A stretch of DNA of 64,000 nt from Bryobacteraceae bacterium (GTDB lineage Bacteria; Acidobacteriota; Terriglobia; Bryobacterales; Bryobacteraceae), in the NCBI GenBank assembly GCA_050015435.1, contig JBEKBK010000001.1:15249-79248 (forward strand). Direction: 5' to 3'. How positions within the stretch are numbered: position 1 is the first letter of the stretch; the number at the start of each line of letters is the position of its first letter. Both the position numbers and the translations under genes were made by a program. Below are positions 40,812 to 50,948 of the stretch, one piece after another. Under the pieces are notes generated by a model. It made no database searches. It had not been told where the DNA came from and was given only the letters and a program-made list of their open reading frames with translations.

Positions 40812-42362
40812 TTAGCGACGCTTGAGTATCCTCGGTAGCAGAATCAGAGCTGCGCCGTAAAACAGCAGCGACACGACTAGCGTCATCGTGCTTTCGCGCG
40901 AGAAATCGCGGACCACGATCTTGCCGGCAGCAACGGTCATTAGAACGTACATCAGCCAGACGAGCTCGGGCCGTTGCCAGCGTTCACCACTCCACGCCAG
41001 CGCTACCGCGAACAGCACCAACACCACCGCACCCACCCCGAGCGACGCCCCCAGACCCGACGCGGACCAAACAAAAACTGCAACGACGAATAGTGCCGGT
41101 ACCCGGCCGCCCGAGCGCGGGATCCTGAAATAACAGACGGCGGCGGCAATCAGAATAATGAGGGCGGCGCGGGATGGAAACGATCCGGTCGTCGCGGCGA
41201 GCAACTGAGAGGCTGAAATCGCGGCCACACCCGAAATTGCTGCCGCCAGCCATAAGAACGCCGGTACCTGGGCGTTCGCGAACGCGGTCCACGAGAGGCC
41301 GATCGCCAATGCCGACCACACTGCGACCAGAGGAACGCCAGAGAACAAGAGAGATGTTGCTGCGATCACCAGCAGTCCTGCGAACGTCGCGTAAGTCTGG
41401 GTGTTGCGGCTGGAGGCTCGTGTCTTAAGGGCTATCGCGTAACATGCCGCGCCTGCGACCAATGCGATCAGACCAACCGGCGTAGTCGCCTTCGTCAGGT
41501 GCAGCGCGCCTCCTGTTGCAAGCGCGAACGCGCAACCCATCTGCCCAATTTCGTAGACGGTGAACGTTCGGCCGCGAATCAGGGTGCTCACCGCCGCGCT
41601 CCCGATGAATACCAGCAGCAGAAGCGCCAGCATCGCCAGAGCGGCAGCCAGAGATACGGGCGCATATCCTTCAGGAAGTCCGCTTACCCGCCCCAGCATG
41701 GTGATCAGAATGAGGATCGCCGCGTCGGCGCATAGGGCGATAAACCAGCGTGTGGCGAGAGTTGCGTACTCGGCTCCGGCCGCGATCGCCAATAGCGCAA
41801 TCGTGAATGGCAGAAGATCGTGAGTGCCAATCAGCAGCGCGCTCGCGATGGCCGCGCCGGCGGAACATGACCACATCGCGACGCGTGTCTTCCAGATCGC
41901 GGCAAGCGAAAACGCGACGATCACACCCGCGGCGGTCCACGTCGAAACCGCCTGTAACCGCACCGTCGCTTCCCAAATCAACGGGGCAAAGATGAATACA
42001 GAACTCAGCGCGTTGGCGGTCGCGGCGAATGTTCCTTCAGCTTGCGTCGCACGCCACAACCAGAAGCCTGCGTACAGGATTCCCACCGCAACGCCCGCTT
42101 TCGAAGGAAGCACGTGGACTTCGGTGAGGGCCCGCAAAAGGTACGCACCCGCAATCGCCAACAGCGCCCGGCCAATCACCGAAACCGCGTCGGAGGAGAC
42201 ATGCAACTGAGGAATCTCAACGGGCGGTGCTGCGGTTACGGGTTTTGGCTCGCGCTGCTCGAGCGCGGAGACACGGCGCTGCAGGTCACGGACCTCGACG
42301 GCCAACTCGCGGAGCTCTTCGCTCGCGAGGTCCGCTTTCGAAGCGACGGAAGACGCGTCCAC
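40812..42362 (-). CDS. Polytopic membrane protein, DUF2339-like (N-terminal coiled coil + 12 or more TM helices)
   Basis: ELRELAVEVRDLQRRVSALEQ followed by many Ala/Leu/Gly-rich TM segments. Confidence 0.65.
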   Translation of the reverse strand: MDASSVASKADLASEELRELAVEVRDLQRRVSALEQREPKPVTAAPPVEIPQLHVSSDAVSVIGRALLAIAGAYLLRALTEVHVLPSKAGVAVGILYAGFWLWRATQAEGTFAATANALSSVFIFAPLIWEATVRLQAVSTWTAAGVIVAFSLAAIWKTRVAMWSCSAGAAIASALLIGTHDLLPFTIALLAIAAGAEYATLATRWFIALCADAAILILITMLGRVSGLPEGYAPVSLAAALAMLALLLLVFIGSAAVSTLIRGRTFTVYEIGQMGCAFALATGGALHLTKATTPVGLIALVAGAACYAIALKTRASSRNTQTYATFAGLLVIAATSLLFSGVPLVAVWSALAIGLSWTAFANAQVPAFLWLAAAISGVAAISASQLLAATTGSFPSRAALIILIAAAVCYFRIPRSGGRVPALFVVAVFVWSASGLGASLGVGAVVLVLFAVALAWSGERWQRPELVWLMYVLMTVAAGKIVVRDFSRESTMTLVVSLLFYGAALILLPRILKRR

Positions 42363-42392
42363 ACGCCTCCTTCTCGACCACCGGAACTCAGC

Positions 42393-43553
42393 TTACGCGG
42401 GCTGATGTTCCTCCCAGGGTGGCAGCAGCTTTAACAGGGCCCACAGGATGCCCAATGGAAGAACCAACAAAATGATGGCCGGCAGCAATCCTTCCTTGGT
42501 GGCGAATTCGACCTTGTAGGTCGTGTACCCCAGGAAGCTCTTCGAAAAGAGTTGTCCGCCGATGACCACGTTCCAGCGCATGGCAAAGATTCCGATGAGC
42601 GTCAGGGAAGCCGCAACGGTATACATCCCACGGCGCACACCGTCGCTCAGGTTCTTCACCTGCGTGATCGCGAGCAGCGCCAACGGCGCCAGCGTCCCGA
42701 TGAAAATCTGCAAAACAATCTGCGAGAAATACAGCCGCGTATGCACCATGAAATCGAGCGAGCGGAACGATTCGTCCGACTCGTAGACTCGATGCACCAG
42801 GTCGAGCATCTCCAGCGAGAAATCGATTACGAAGACATAAAACAGATATTTCGCGATCGCGTCCAGGCACGGCATCTGGATCTCCTGATGCCGCAGGCGA
42901 TTTACTACCTGATAGACGAGCAAGACCAGGGCGATCCCCGACACCATCGCCGAAAACAGAAACACGACGGGCATCAGCGGAGTCGACCACCATGGATTCG
43001 CCTTCACCGATCCGAAGATGAATCCAACGTAGCCGTGCAGCAGAAATGCCGAAGGAATGCCGATCACCGTGACGATCCAGCCGACTCGATCGTCGATGCG
43101 CCGCGACGCTTCGCTGATGTTCTGCGATCCAAGCGTCAGGGCTTTGTAGATCCACTTCACCGGACCGGTTGCGGTGCGCGACATCAGCACGATGTCTTTG
43201 CGATAGTCGAGCCAGATCTCCATCAGCAACACCACCAGCAGGTACCACAAATAAACGAACCCGAACATCGCCATGGCCGAGGTCTTATGCGGCGTCAGAT
43301 ACATCTCGAAAGATCGTTCCGGATGCCCCAGGTGCATTTGCAGCGGAAGCGGCGCGACCAATAAAAATGCAAGCGCGGTCAGCAGCGCCAGCCGGTACGT
43401 CGGCTGCACTTCCTTCACATGGAAGACCCGGGCGAGCGATGCCAGAATAAACGCGCCCGCCACCAGGCCGGTCAGATATGGATACAGAACAATGAGGACG
43501 CTCCACTGGAGCTCCACTTCGTTCGGATACATGAAGCCATCAACGCCTGGCAT
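42393..43553 (-). CDS. NrfD/PsrC-family quinol-interacting membrane subunit
   Basis: N-terminus PNEVELQWSVLIVLYPYLTGLVAGAFIL is typical of NrfD. About 10 TM helices. Confidence 0.85.
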   Translation of the reverse strand: MPGVDGFMYPNEVELQWSVLIVLYPYLTGLVAGAFILASLARVFHVKEVQPTYRLALLTALAFLLVAPLPLQMHLGHPERSFEMYLTPHKTSAMAMFGFVYLWYLLVVLLMEIWLDYRKDIVLMSRTATGPVKWIYKALTLGSQNISEASRRIDDRVGWIVTVIGIPSAFLLHGYVGFIFGSVKANPWWSTPLMPVVFLFSAMVSGIALVLLVYQVVNRLRHQEIQMPCLDAIAKYLFYVFVIDFSLEMLDLVHRVYESDESFRSLDFMVHTRLYFSQIVLQIFIGTLAPLALLAITQVKNLSDGVRRGMYTVAASLTLIGIFAMRWNVVIGGQLFSKSFLGYTTYKVEFATKEGLLPAIILLVLPLGILWALLKLLPPWEEHQPA

Positions 43554-43556
43554 GCT

Positions 43557-44330
43557 TCACCTCACCGCCCCATCCATATCCTTGTAAAACACCTTCGCGC
43601 CCGTAGCGAGATGCGGCTTGAGTACTTCCACGTGGTTCTCCCGCAGGAATTGGTGCACCGGGTCCTTGGGATTCTTCAGATCCGCGAGCTGGCGCGCACC
43701 GGTCGGGCAAACTTCAACGCATGCCGTGGTGAGCCCCTTGGTGATCCGGTGATAGCACAGCGTGCATTTATCAACGACGTTCTTTTTCGGATCGAGATAG
43801 CGGCACCCGTACGGGCAGGCCTGGATGCAGTAGCGGCAGCCGATGCAATATTTCTGGTCGACCAGAACCACGCCGTCCGGAGATTCAAAGGTCGCACCCA
43901 CGGGGCAGGCCTGCACGCACGGGGAATCGGCACAATGATTACAAAGTTTTGGAACGAAGAATGCTTTGCCTTCGGGCCGATTCATGACCGGAAAACCGTT
44001 CATCCCTCCATTGGGTGAATCGACCTGGGGGCGCTCCGTCTGATCATCCGTCACGTAGTAGCGCTCGACCCAAGTGCGGAAATAGCCGTCGGGCACTCCG
44101 TTCTCGGCGGCGCACGCTTTCACGCAATTGCCGCAGCCGATGCACTTGCTGATATCGATGGTCATGCCCCACCAGTGCTCGGCTGCTTTGTACTTATCGA
44201 CCTGTGCTTCCGGCACGGATTCGCCGTTCATGGTCTGCAACGCGACGCGCGCGGCCCCCGAAAGAATGATGAACTTACCCAGGTCGAGCAACATCTCGCG
44301 GCGATTCGTGTCGTGGCTGGGTTGGCTCAT
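43557..44330 (-). CDS. Tat-exported 4Fe-4S ferredoxin-type subunit (NrfC/HybA-like)
   Basis: Twin-arginine NRREML. Cys clusters CIGCGNCVKAC, CNHCADSPCVQAC, CIGCRYCIQAC, CTLC. The ATG at 44330 avoids overlap with the cytochrome gene. Confidence 0.88.
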   Translation of the reverse strand: MSQPSHDTNRREMLLDLGKFIILSGAARVALQTMNGESVPEAQVDKYKAAEHWWGMTIDISKCIGCGNCVKACAAENGVPDGYFRTWVERYYVTDDQTERPQVDSPNGGMNGFPVMNRPEGKAFFVPKLCNHCADSPCVQACPVGATFESPDGVVLVDQKYCIGCRYCIQACPYGCRYLDPKKNVVDKCTLCYHRITKGLTTACVEVCPTGARQLADLKNPKDPVHQFLRENHVEVLKPHLATGAKVFYKDMDGAVR

Positions 44331-44341
44331 CCGGTGGCTCC

Positions 44342-44800
44342 TTAGGGTTTCGGCGAATGCGGCTGGTGGCATTCGGCGCAAGACAATTCACCGGCGTGCT
44401 CTTTCGAAATCACCTGCGGGAAGGTCTTCGGTTTGGCGGGATCCGCCTCGTGGCAACGCACACAGAGCGTCGCCGGATTCGGTTTCACCGCATGGTTGGT
44501 CATCGGATCCTCGGTGTGCGCCGAGGTGGGGCCGTGACAGGCTTCGCAGGCCACCCCCGCGTGCTTCCCTTCGCTTTTAGTCTTCATGACGTCGTCGTGG
44601 CAGGTTTCGCATACCGCTTTTCCGGCGAAAGACACCGGCCGCGCTCGAATGTCGTCGAGCGCCGCCGCGCGGTAATGCCCCAAGTCGCCGAAAGTGCGCG
44701 GCACCACCGCGTGGCGGATCGCCAGGAAGATCAATACAAAGGCGGCAAGAGTCAGCGCCATCCTGACCAGATGCTCGGACTCCTTAAGGAAGTTCCTCAT
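44342..44800 (-). CDS. Membrane-anchored tetrahaem c-type cytochrome
   Basis: N-terminal TM helix plus four CxxCH motifs (CETCH, CEACH, CVRCH, CAECH) in 152 aa. Confidence 0.85.
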   Translation of the reverse strand: MRNFLKESEHLVRMALTLAAFVLIFLAIRHAVVPRTFGDLGHYRAAALDDIRARPVSFAGKAVCETCHDDVMKTKSEGKHAGVACEACHGPTSAHTEDPMTNHAVKPNPATLCVRCHEADPAKPKTFPQVISKEHAGELSCAECHQPHSPKP

Positions 44801-44877
44801 GCCTGCGCAAACTAAAGCAGTTGCGGGGCCAAGAGGGCGGGGAACCCGTCTCGTTGCCTTACAACAGACTTAGCTGC

Positions 44878-44970
44878 ACGCTGCTGCGCGTTTTGGCTGG
44901 GCCAAGCCGCTAAAGCTGCGTTCCAAAGCGCAGGCAAAGGAGTTCACAGATCCGCCAAAACGCGCAGCGT
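44878..44970. repeat. Long imperfect inverted repeat upstream of the cytochrome operon
   Basis: GCTGCGCGTTTTGGC (44883-44897) pairs with GCCAAAACGCGCAGC (44954-44968). Nested small hairpins inside. No T tract. Confidence 0.4.
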
Positions 44971-44994
44971 GGGGTCAGTCGACGGTCGCAAAAG

Positions 44995-45492
44995 TTAAGG
45001 TTCAACCCACACGGTGTAAGTCAGGGTCTGAATATTATTGGGGCTTGCGACATAGTGGGCCGCGATTTCCCAGCATCCTGACGCCGGTATATCTACGCCG
45101 GTCACCATAAACATCCCCGCCATACCGTGGCCTTCAATGGACGCGTTATTTGTCCAGCCGTTCCAAACCAATGGTGCTTTGCCATCAAGTTGCCGAGCCA
45201 CAACCGTCAATCGGGGATCTTTCTCCTTCATCCAGTCGTACCCTTGGCGAAAGAAGGGCAGCTTCCCTCCACTGTGAATGTGCCAATCAGGGTAGATCAC
45301 GGTCCAGAGTCTGGGAGTGCCGTACAGAGACTCGTGGCTCCCGACGATTGGCTCATAGGGCGGCGGCGGTACGAACGGGGGATCAGACGGTATTGTAACG
45401 GGACACCCGTGCTTGTCTGCTGCCAAGGATGGATATGAGCAGCTAGCCCAAATGGCAATTGAGAACGTGAGAAAGAGACATCGGGAGTTCAT
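44995..45492 (-). CDS. Exported hypothetical protein
   Basis: The internal ATG gives signal peptide MNSRCLFLTFSIAIWASCSYPSLAA. Confidence 0.6.
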   Translation of the reverse strand: MNSRCLFLTFSIAIWASCSYPSLAADKHGCPVTIPSDPPFVPPPPYEPIVGSHESLYGTPRLWTVIYPDWHIHSGGKLPFFRQGYDWMKEKDPRLTVVARQLDGKAPLVWNGWTNNASIEGHGMAGMFMVTGVDIPASGCWEIAAHYVASPNNIQTLTYTVWVEP

Positions 45493-45656
45493 GCTGCGAT
45501 TCCTTTCGATGCGATTGCAAAGGGCGGTTCGTCGTCCGGACCCTAGTCCCAGCATATGGGGTTTTATGGCAGCTATTGCGCGGCGGTAGTCAGAAAAATT
45601 TTCTGATTATCCCAAGTCGACGAGGGCAAGCCATTTCTGATGATATGCTTTGTTTA

Positions 45657-46649
45657 ATGAAAAGTAAGTGCCCCTTTCTCTCTACAGCGCTTGTCGCGGT
45701 GTTCGTGCAGATCTGCGCCGCGCAGGACGCGCCGCTTCCGCCCCCCGGCTTCCACCATCTGCACCTCAATTCACCCGATCCGGAAGCCGAGATAGCGTTC
45801 TACACGAAGAACTTCACGACCACGCAGAGGGCTATGTTCGACGGGCAACCGGCGCTTAAGGCCCTGAACGTCTGGCTCCTGTTCAACAAGGTGTCCTCAC
45901 GCGCTCTCCTGACGCCCCAAACCGCGGTCTGGCATTATGGCTGGAACGTCCCCGACGAGCGCGCCTACTACGCCAAGTACAAGGAGATGGGAACGAAACT
46001 CCTGCCCTTGTGGACGGGCGATGGCGATAACTTCGTGTACGTTAGCAGCGATAGCTGGCCGGGAGCCGGTGGCACACTGGGCCGCACCAAAGCGCAGATA
46101 GAAGAAGCCAAGGCGCAGGGCATCAAACCAGCGGGCGGCGCAGGGTTCGGCTACTTGGGCGCACCGGATGGCGCGATGATCGAGTTCGCAGGCAACTCCC
46201 AGACCGAATACTTCAACCACGTCCACATGTATCAGGACGATCCGCTGTGCGCGGTGCTCTGGTATCAGAAGCACCTGAACGCGCCCAAGCGTCCGGCTCG
46301 CGGCAACGCGCCCGAGCCGACCGAGGCCAACTGTAAAGTAGCCCGCGGCGAAAAAAGCTGGCCGTCGCTCGAAAAGGACGGCATGTATCGCTTTCCCACT
46401 GGCGGCGTTAGTTTCGGCGGCGTGGCCATGAACTGGTACGTGCGCCCGGGCGACACGCCGCTGGTGAGCACGCTGGGGCACCAGGCCGACCACATTGCGC
46501 TCAGCGTGGGCAACCTGGATGCCTGGCTCGCCAAGCTGAAGGGTGAGGGCGTGAAGATCCTGAAGCAGCCCTACAAGTTTGCCGACACGCGGGCGTTTAT
46601 GATCGAGGGGCCCAGCAAAGAAGCCCTGGAACTGGTCGAAGTGAAGTAG
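45657..46649 (+). CDS. Exported VOC (glyoxalase/bleomycin-resistance/dioxygenase) superfamily protein
   Basis: Signal peptide, FHHLHLNSPDPEAEIAFY and HIALSVGNLDAWLAKLKGEGVKIL blocks. Confidence 0.65.
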   Translation: MKSKCPFLSTALVAVFVQICAAQDAPLPPPGFHHLHLNSPDPEAEIAFYTKNFTTTQRAMFDGQPALKALNVWLLFNKVSSRALLTPQTAVWHYGWNVPDERAYYAKYKEMGTKLLPLWTGDGDNFVYVSSDSWPGAGGTLGRTKAQIEEAKAQGIKPAGGAGFGYLGAPDGAMIEFAGNSQTEYFNHVHMYQDDPLCAVLWYQKHLNAPKRPARGNAPEPTEANCKVARGEKSWPSLEKDGMYRFPTGGVSFGGVAMNWYVRPGDTPLVSTLGHQADHIALSVGNLDAWLAKLKGEGVKILKQPYKFADTRAFMIEGPSKEALELVEVK

Positions 46650-46656
46650 GGGTTAC

Positions 46657-47385
46657 TTACCACGGCTGGGGCCCATCATCGCTGAAAACTCCGGCGGTAG
46701 GGCCGTCGTCAGGGAGCAGCGCCAAGCGAACTGGCGTCGCGGCCCCTTGTTCGACTGTCCTCGGTCCGCGATGCTGATTCATATCCGTCGCAGTGAAACC
46801 CGGATTGGCTGAATTTACCTTGATTCCGGCACTCTTCAGTTCATTGGCGAACTGAACCGTGATCATATTCAGCGCGGCTTTCGACGAGCTGTACGCGAGT
46901 AACATGTTGCGGACCGACAACGGGGTGTTGGGATCCGCGATACGGGTGAGGGAGCCGAGACCGCTCGACACGTTGACAATCCGGCCGTGCTGGGATCTCT
47001 TGAGCAAACGGAGCATGGCTTTGGTGACGCGGAAGACCCCAAAAACGTTGGTTTCGAAGGTCTTCTGGAGCGTCTCGACAGTCAATTCGGAGCCCGGGAA
47101 CCAATCCAGCGCGATTCCGGCGTTGTTCACCAGGATGTCGAGCCGCCCATGGCGGCGCTCCACCTCAGCCGCGGCGTCATCCACGCTTGACTGGGAAGTC
47201 ACATCGATTTGAATGAATTCAACGGGAAGGCCCTGGGCTCGAAGATCCGCCACGGCCTTCTCTCCGCGTTCGCGGTCGCGGGCGCCCATCAGCACGAAAA
47301 CGCCGCCTTTGGCGGCGAGTTGCCGGGAGATTTCCCTTCCGATTCCTTTGTTCGCGCCGGTTACCAATGCAATCGTGTCAGCCAT
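46657..47385 (-). CDS. Short-chain dehydrogenase/reductase (SDR)
   Basis: TGANKGIG cofactor motif, NNAG, catalytic YSSSK. Confidence 0.9.
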   Translation of the reverse strand: MADTIALVTGANKGIGREISRQLAAKGGVFVLMGARDRERGEKAVADLRAQGLPVEFIQIDVTSQSSVDDAAAEVERRHGRLDILVNNAGIALDWFPGSELTVETLQKTFETNVFGVFRVTKAMLRLLKRSQHGRIVNVSSGLGSLTRIADPNTPLSVRNMLLAYSSSKAALNMITVQFANELKSAGIKVNSANPGFTATDMNQHRGPRTVEQGAATPVRLALLPDDGPTAGVFSDDGPQPW

Positions 47386-47410
47386 AGGAACTCATCCTTC
47401 AAACATGATG

Positions 47411-50068
47411 CTACTTACCGGTGGGCACTTTACGCAGCAATTCGTCGAAGAAGTTCAGCACGAAGGTGACGTGTACCGAACCTTTCTCGGGTCCGGCACC
47501 TTCCGGCATGGGGAACACGGCGAAGCGCTTGCCGTCCGGCGCCAAGGCCAGGTTCGAAGAGCTGGGATAAAAGATTTGCTTTTCGGACCATAGGCGCGGC
47601 TTGCCGGGCACGAACGAATCGCCGTTCACTGTGTAATCCATCACCATAATGCGGTTGTCCGCCGTCTCGTAGAACAGTTCCCGGCCGTTGTTGGACCAAA
47701 TTGGGTACAGCCCGCCTCCGGTCGAGATCTGCCACTTGCCGCCCCGCCCCGCAGGGAAAGGCCGCACGTAGATCTCGGAGTTTCCCGATTCGTTGGACCG
47801 GTCCGCGATCCATCGTCCGTCGGGTGAGAACATCGGTACCAACTCATTCGATGGCGTTCCGAGAAACAACTCCGGCTTGCCCGGCTTGGGGTGGTCGGGA
47901 TCGCTCGTGTCCAGACTTATTGTGGAGATGTCATTAGCGGTCTCGGGATTTGTCTCGAAGTAGGCCAGACGCCGACCGTCGGGCGAGAAGGACCACGGCA
48001 CTATGTTGTTTTGAGCCGCGAGGAGCCGCTCTGGTTCTCCGGAGCCATCGCTGCGGATCCAATCGATCCCGGAACCGTTGGCAGACGAGGAGAAGACTAT
48101 GTGCTTCCCGTCAGGGGTCCAGGTCGGGTTCCCCGCGTGCCCCCCGAAGGTGAGCTGTGTCATCGTTTCCCGCTCCAACTCATAGACATAGACGTCGGTG
48201 CCGCTGCTGGTACTCATCAACAGCGCCAGCCGCCGCCCGTCGGGCGAAAACCGGGGAACGGTATACGCACCCAGGCTAGCAACCAGGGGCTGCATCTTCC
48301 CGGAACTGTCGAGCCACATGACCGGCCAGGTCTGAGTCGCCCCTTTCCCTGCCAGGTACACCAAGGTTCCGTGCCCGGAGGGTGCCCACGAAACATCGAA
48401 CTGACCGCCGCCCTGAATCGGGCTTGCGCCCACGTCTTCCAGAAGCGGCACTGGTGTGCTTTGAAGCTCCAGCCGGGTGGGGTCGAGACCCGCTGCCATC
48501 AGCACGCCTTGATGCAGGTAAACCAGATAACCGCGGGTTCCGTTCGCCGGCAGATAACGGCCGAGGTATCCCTCAGCTACCAGTGTCTTGGTAACGCCGC
48601 TGTTGAAAGATGTTGCTTCAACGCTCGCGTTCTCCATTCCGATTACAGTGGGAGAGGCCGTGAAAAGAACCGTCTGGCCTCCCGGCAAGATCTGCGGCCA
48701 GCGATGGGATGACGCACCTTTACCCAGTTTTGTCAACGGCTGCGGCCTTCCCCCGGCAGCGGGCACCTGGGATAGGCCGGCTGTCTGGTTAAGCGCCGCG
48801 ATAATCGTTCCGTCTTCTCCCCAACTGCCGCCGTAATCGAACGCAGCATCACACAGAGTCACCGGTGCCCCACCCTGGACGGATATCTTCTTGAGCTTGC
48901 CATCTGCGAAGAATCCGACCCATTGGTTGTCGGGAGAGAAAAACGCATCTCGGCCATTTTCGGTACCAGGTAGCAGGATGGCTTGAGCCTGGTCCAGCAG
49001 CCGGGTGGCAAGCTGCTGTTTGCCATTAGGACCTCGCGCCGGAAAAACCAGCCGACGGCCGTCGGGCGAGATGGCAACGGTGAGATTGAGACCGGTCATC
49101 GCGCCCGGCCCCAAGTCCACGCTCAGCCGCGTCAAGGGAAGATCCAGGGGCCGCGTCGCGCGCCAATAAAGGCCCCCGACTGAGACCAACGCAATCGCTA
49201 GCACCCCTGCCGCCCAACCGAGCCACGAGCGTGAGGGAGCGACTGCGAGAGGCCGCTCTTCCAGCAAGCGCCGTGCGTCGCCGATGTCCAGCAACCGCTG
49301 CTTCGGGTCCTTTTCCAGACGACTGTGCAGCAGGCGTTGCACCTTGTCCGGGATTCGTTTCCAATCGGGCTCGTCCTTGATCACCGACGCAAGCGTCTCC
49401 GACACGTCGTCGCCTTTGAACGGCCGATGACCGGTCAGCAATTCGTACATTAGTACTCCGAACGCCCAGATGTCAGCCCGCTTGTCCACCTGTTTGCCGC
49501 GCGCCTGCTCGGGACTCATATACGCGGCCGTCCCCAGGATCACGCCGACTTCAGTCGCACCCATGGTCAGCGTGGGGGAGTTTTCATTCGACCCCGGAGA
49601 AGCGTCCTTCTGCGCAGCGAACGCCTTAGCTAATCCGAAATCCAGCAACTTGACCGTCCCGTCCGGCGTGACCTTCACGTTGGCGGGTTTCAGGTCACGA
49701 TGCATAATGCCCCGCTCGTGTGCATATTCCAACGCTGCGGCGATCTGTGACGCAATCTTCCAGGCCTCGTCGAACGGCAGTGGACCCTTTGGTGAATCGC
49801 CTTCCACCAGTTCCATGACCAGCGCACGGTCTTCTACGCCATGGATGGTGGCGATGTTGGGATGATTTAGGGAGGCGAGCACTTCCGCCTCGCGCTGGAA
49901 GCGCGCCATGCGTTCGGCGTCGCGAGCAAAAGCCTCGGGCAGAATTTTAATTGCCACATCGCGCTTCAGCTTGGTATCGCGTGCGCGGTAGACTTCGCCC
50001 ATACCGCCTGCGCCAATAGGCGCAAGGATCTCATAGTGACCCATACGAGTTCCGGTAGAAATGGGCAT
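47411..50068 (-). CDS. Ser/Thr protein kinase with TM segment and C-terminal PD40/TolB-like beta-propellers
   Basis: HRDLKPANV and DFGLAKA motifs. Repeated FSPDGRRLA / WTPDGKHIVF PD40 motifs. Confidence 0.9.
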   Translation of the reverse strand: MPISTGTRMGHYEILAPIGAGGMGEVYRARDTKLKRDVAIKILPEAFARDAERMARFQREAEVLASLNHPNIATIHGVEDRALVMELVEGDSPKGPLPFDEAWKIASQIAAALEYAHERGIMHRDLKPANVKVTPDGTVKLLDFGLAKAFAAQKDASPGSNENSPTLTMGATEVGVILGTAAYMSPEQARGKQVDKRADIWAFGVLMYELLTGHRPFKGDDVSETLASVIKDEPDWKRIPDKVQRLLHSRLEKDPKQRLLDIGDARRLLEERPLAVAPSRSWLGWAAGVLAIALVSVGGLYWRATRPLDLPLTRLSVDLGPGAMTGLNLTVAISPDGRRLVFPARGPNGKQQLATRLLDQAQAILLPGTENGRDAFFSPDNQWVGFFADGKLKKISVQGGAPVTLCDAAFDYGGSWGEDGTIIAALNQTAGLSQVPAAGGRPQPLTKLGKGASSHRWPQILPGGQTVLFTASPTVIGMENASVEATSFNSGVTKTLVAEGYLGRYLPANGTRGYLVYLHQGVLMAAGLDPTRLELQSTPVPLLEDVGASPIQGGGQFDVSWAPSGHGTLVYLAGKGATQTWPVMWLDSSGKMQPLVASLGAYTVPRFSPDGRRLALLMSTSSGTDVYVYELERETMTQLTFGGHAGNPTWTPDGKHIVFSSSANGSGIDWIRSDGSGEPERLLAAQNNIVPWSFSPDGRRLAYFETNPETANDISTISLDTSDPDHPKPGKPELFLGTPSNELVPMFSPDGRWIADRSNESGNSEIYVRPFPAGRGGKWQISTGGGLYPIWSNNGRELFYETADNRIMVMDYTVNGDSFVPGKPRLWSEKQIFYPSSSNLALAPDGKRFAVFPMPEGAGPEKGSVHVTFVLNFFDELLRKVPTGK

Positions 50069-50183
50069 GGGTGTGGATCATTTTACTCCAATGGGGTAGG
50101 CTCCAGCGAAGCGGGGATTGCTCAAAAATAAGTCGCATCGAATGGCGACCTGATTGCATCAGACACAATGGAGGTTCTTGGCG

Positions 50184-50516
50184 ATGACATCTACTGAATT
50201 CGTTGATTGCAAGAGCCTGGCGCGTGGTTCCATGATCGACGTGGAGACCAAGAGCCGTCATTACCGGATCGAATGCCTCGGCGGGAACGCGATCCGCATT
50301 TCCGGCCACCCTGAGTACTGCCCCGATCCAATGCTCGCGCACCTGCATGGCTCCGTAGACCAAGAAGGAGCGTTGGAGTTCGGACTGATCGGGCGCGGGA
50401 AGCGCCTGATGTTTTTGCTGAACGAACGCCAACCCATTACGACATCGAGGGTGCTTCACGTTCGCGTGGACCAGCCGAAAACTGTTCAGCCCAAGTCATC
50501 CCCGAGCGTTCACTAA
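50184..50516 (+). CDS. Hypothetical small protein
   Basis: 110 aa from ATG 50184 (the ORF track starts at 50154). No family recognised. Confidence 0.45.
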   Translation: MTSTEFVDCKSLARGSMIDVETKSRHYRIECLGGNAIRISGHPEYCPDPMLAHLHGSVDQEGALEFGLIGRGKRLMFLLNERQPITTSRVLHVRVDQPKTVQPKSSPSVH

Positions 50517-50573
50517 GCTCCCTGTCCTCGGTCTGTATAATAGAGTTCTCTTTTCAACAGAAAGGGCAGAATC

Positions 50574-50948
50574 ATGACGCATCCGCTGGGGTCTCTGAAG
50601 GGCGCCCACCGCCAAGTCGGCAATATCACGATTGTGGATCTCAAAGGCCGCATCACGGCTGGAGAGGGGGCTGCAGCGCTCAGGGATGCGATCCACAAAC
50701 TGACGGCCGCCGGACAGTTGCACATCCTACTGAATCTTGCAGATCTGACTTATATAGATAGCGCGGTAATTGGTGAGATGGTAGGCTCGTGCTCGACGGT
50801 GCGCAAACTCGGTGGCGATATCAAGCTCGCCAGCCCTCAACCGCGTATCGCCCAGCTCCTGGAGATGACCAAGCTCTCCGCCGTGTTCAATATTTTTCCA
50901 ACCGAGGACACGGCCTTGCATAGTTTCCCCGGAATTTCACCCGGATAA
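50574..50948 (+). CDS. STAS-domain protein (anti-sigma-factor antagonist-like)
   Basis: ITIVDLKGRIT..LLNLADLTYIDSAVIGEMV..GGDIKLASPQPRIAQLLEMTKL. Confidence 0.8.
   Translation: MTHPLGSLKGAHRQVGNITIVDLKGRITAGEGAAALRDAIHKLTAAGQLHILLNLADLTYIDSAVIGEMVGSCSTVRKLGGDIKLASPQPRIAQLLEMTKLSAVFNIFPTEDTALHSFPGISPG

Noticed and set aside
42388-43364. 286-aa minus-strand (alternative frame) and 270-aa plus-strand ORFs inside the NrfD gene
   Set aside because: The NrfD frame gives about 10 clean TM helices and the family N-terminus. The alternatives are Arg/His/Asp-rich with no features.
47891-48712. 273-aa plus-strand ORF
   Set aside because: Antisense to the PD40-propeller region of the kinase gene.
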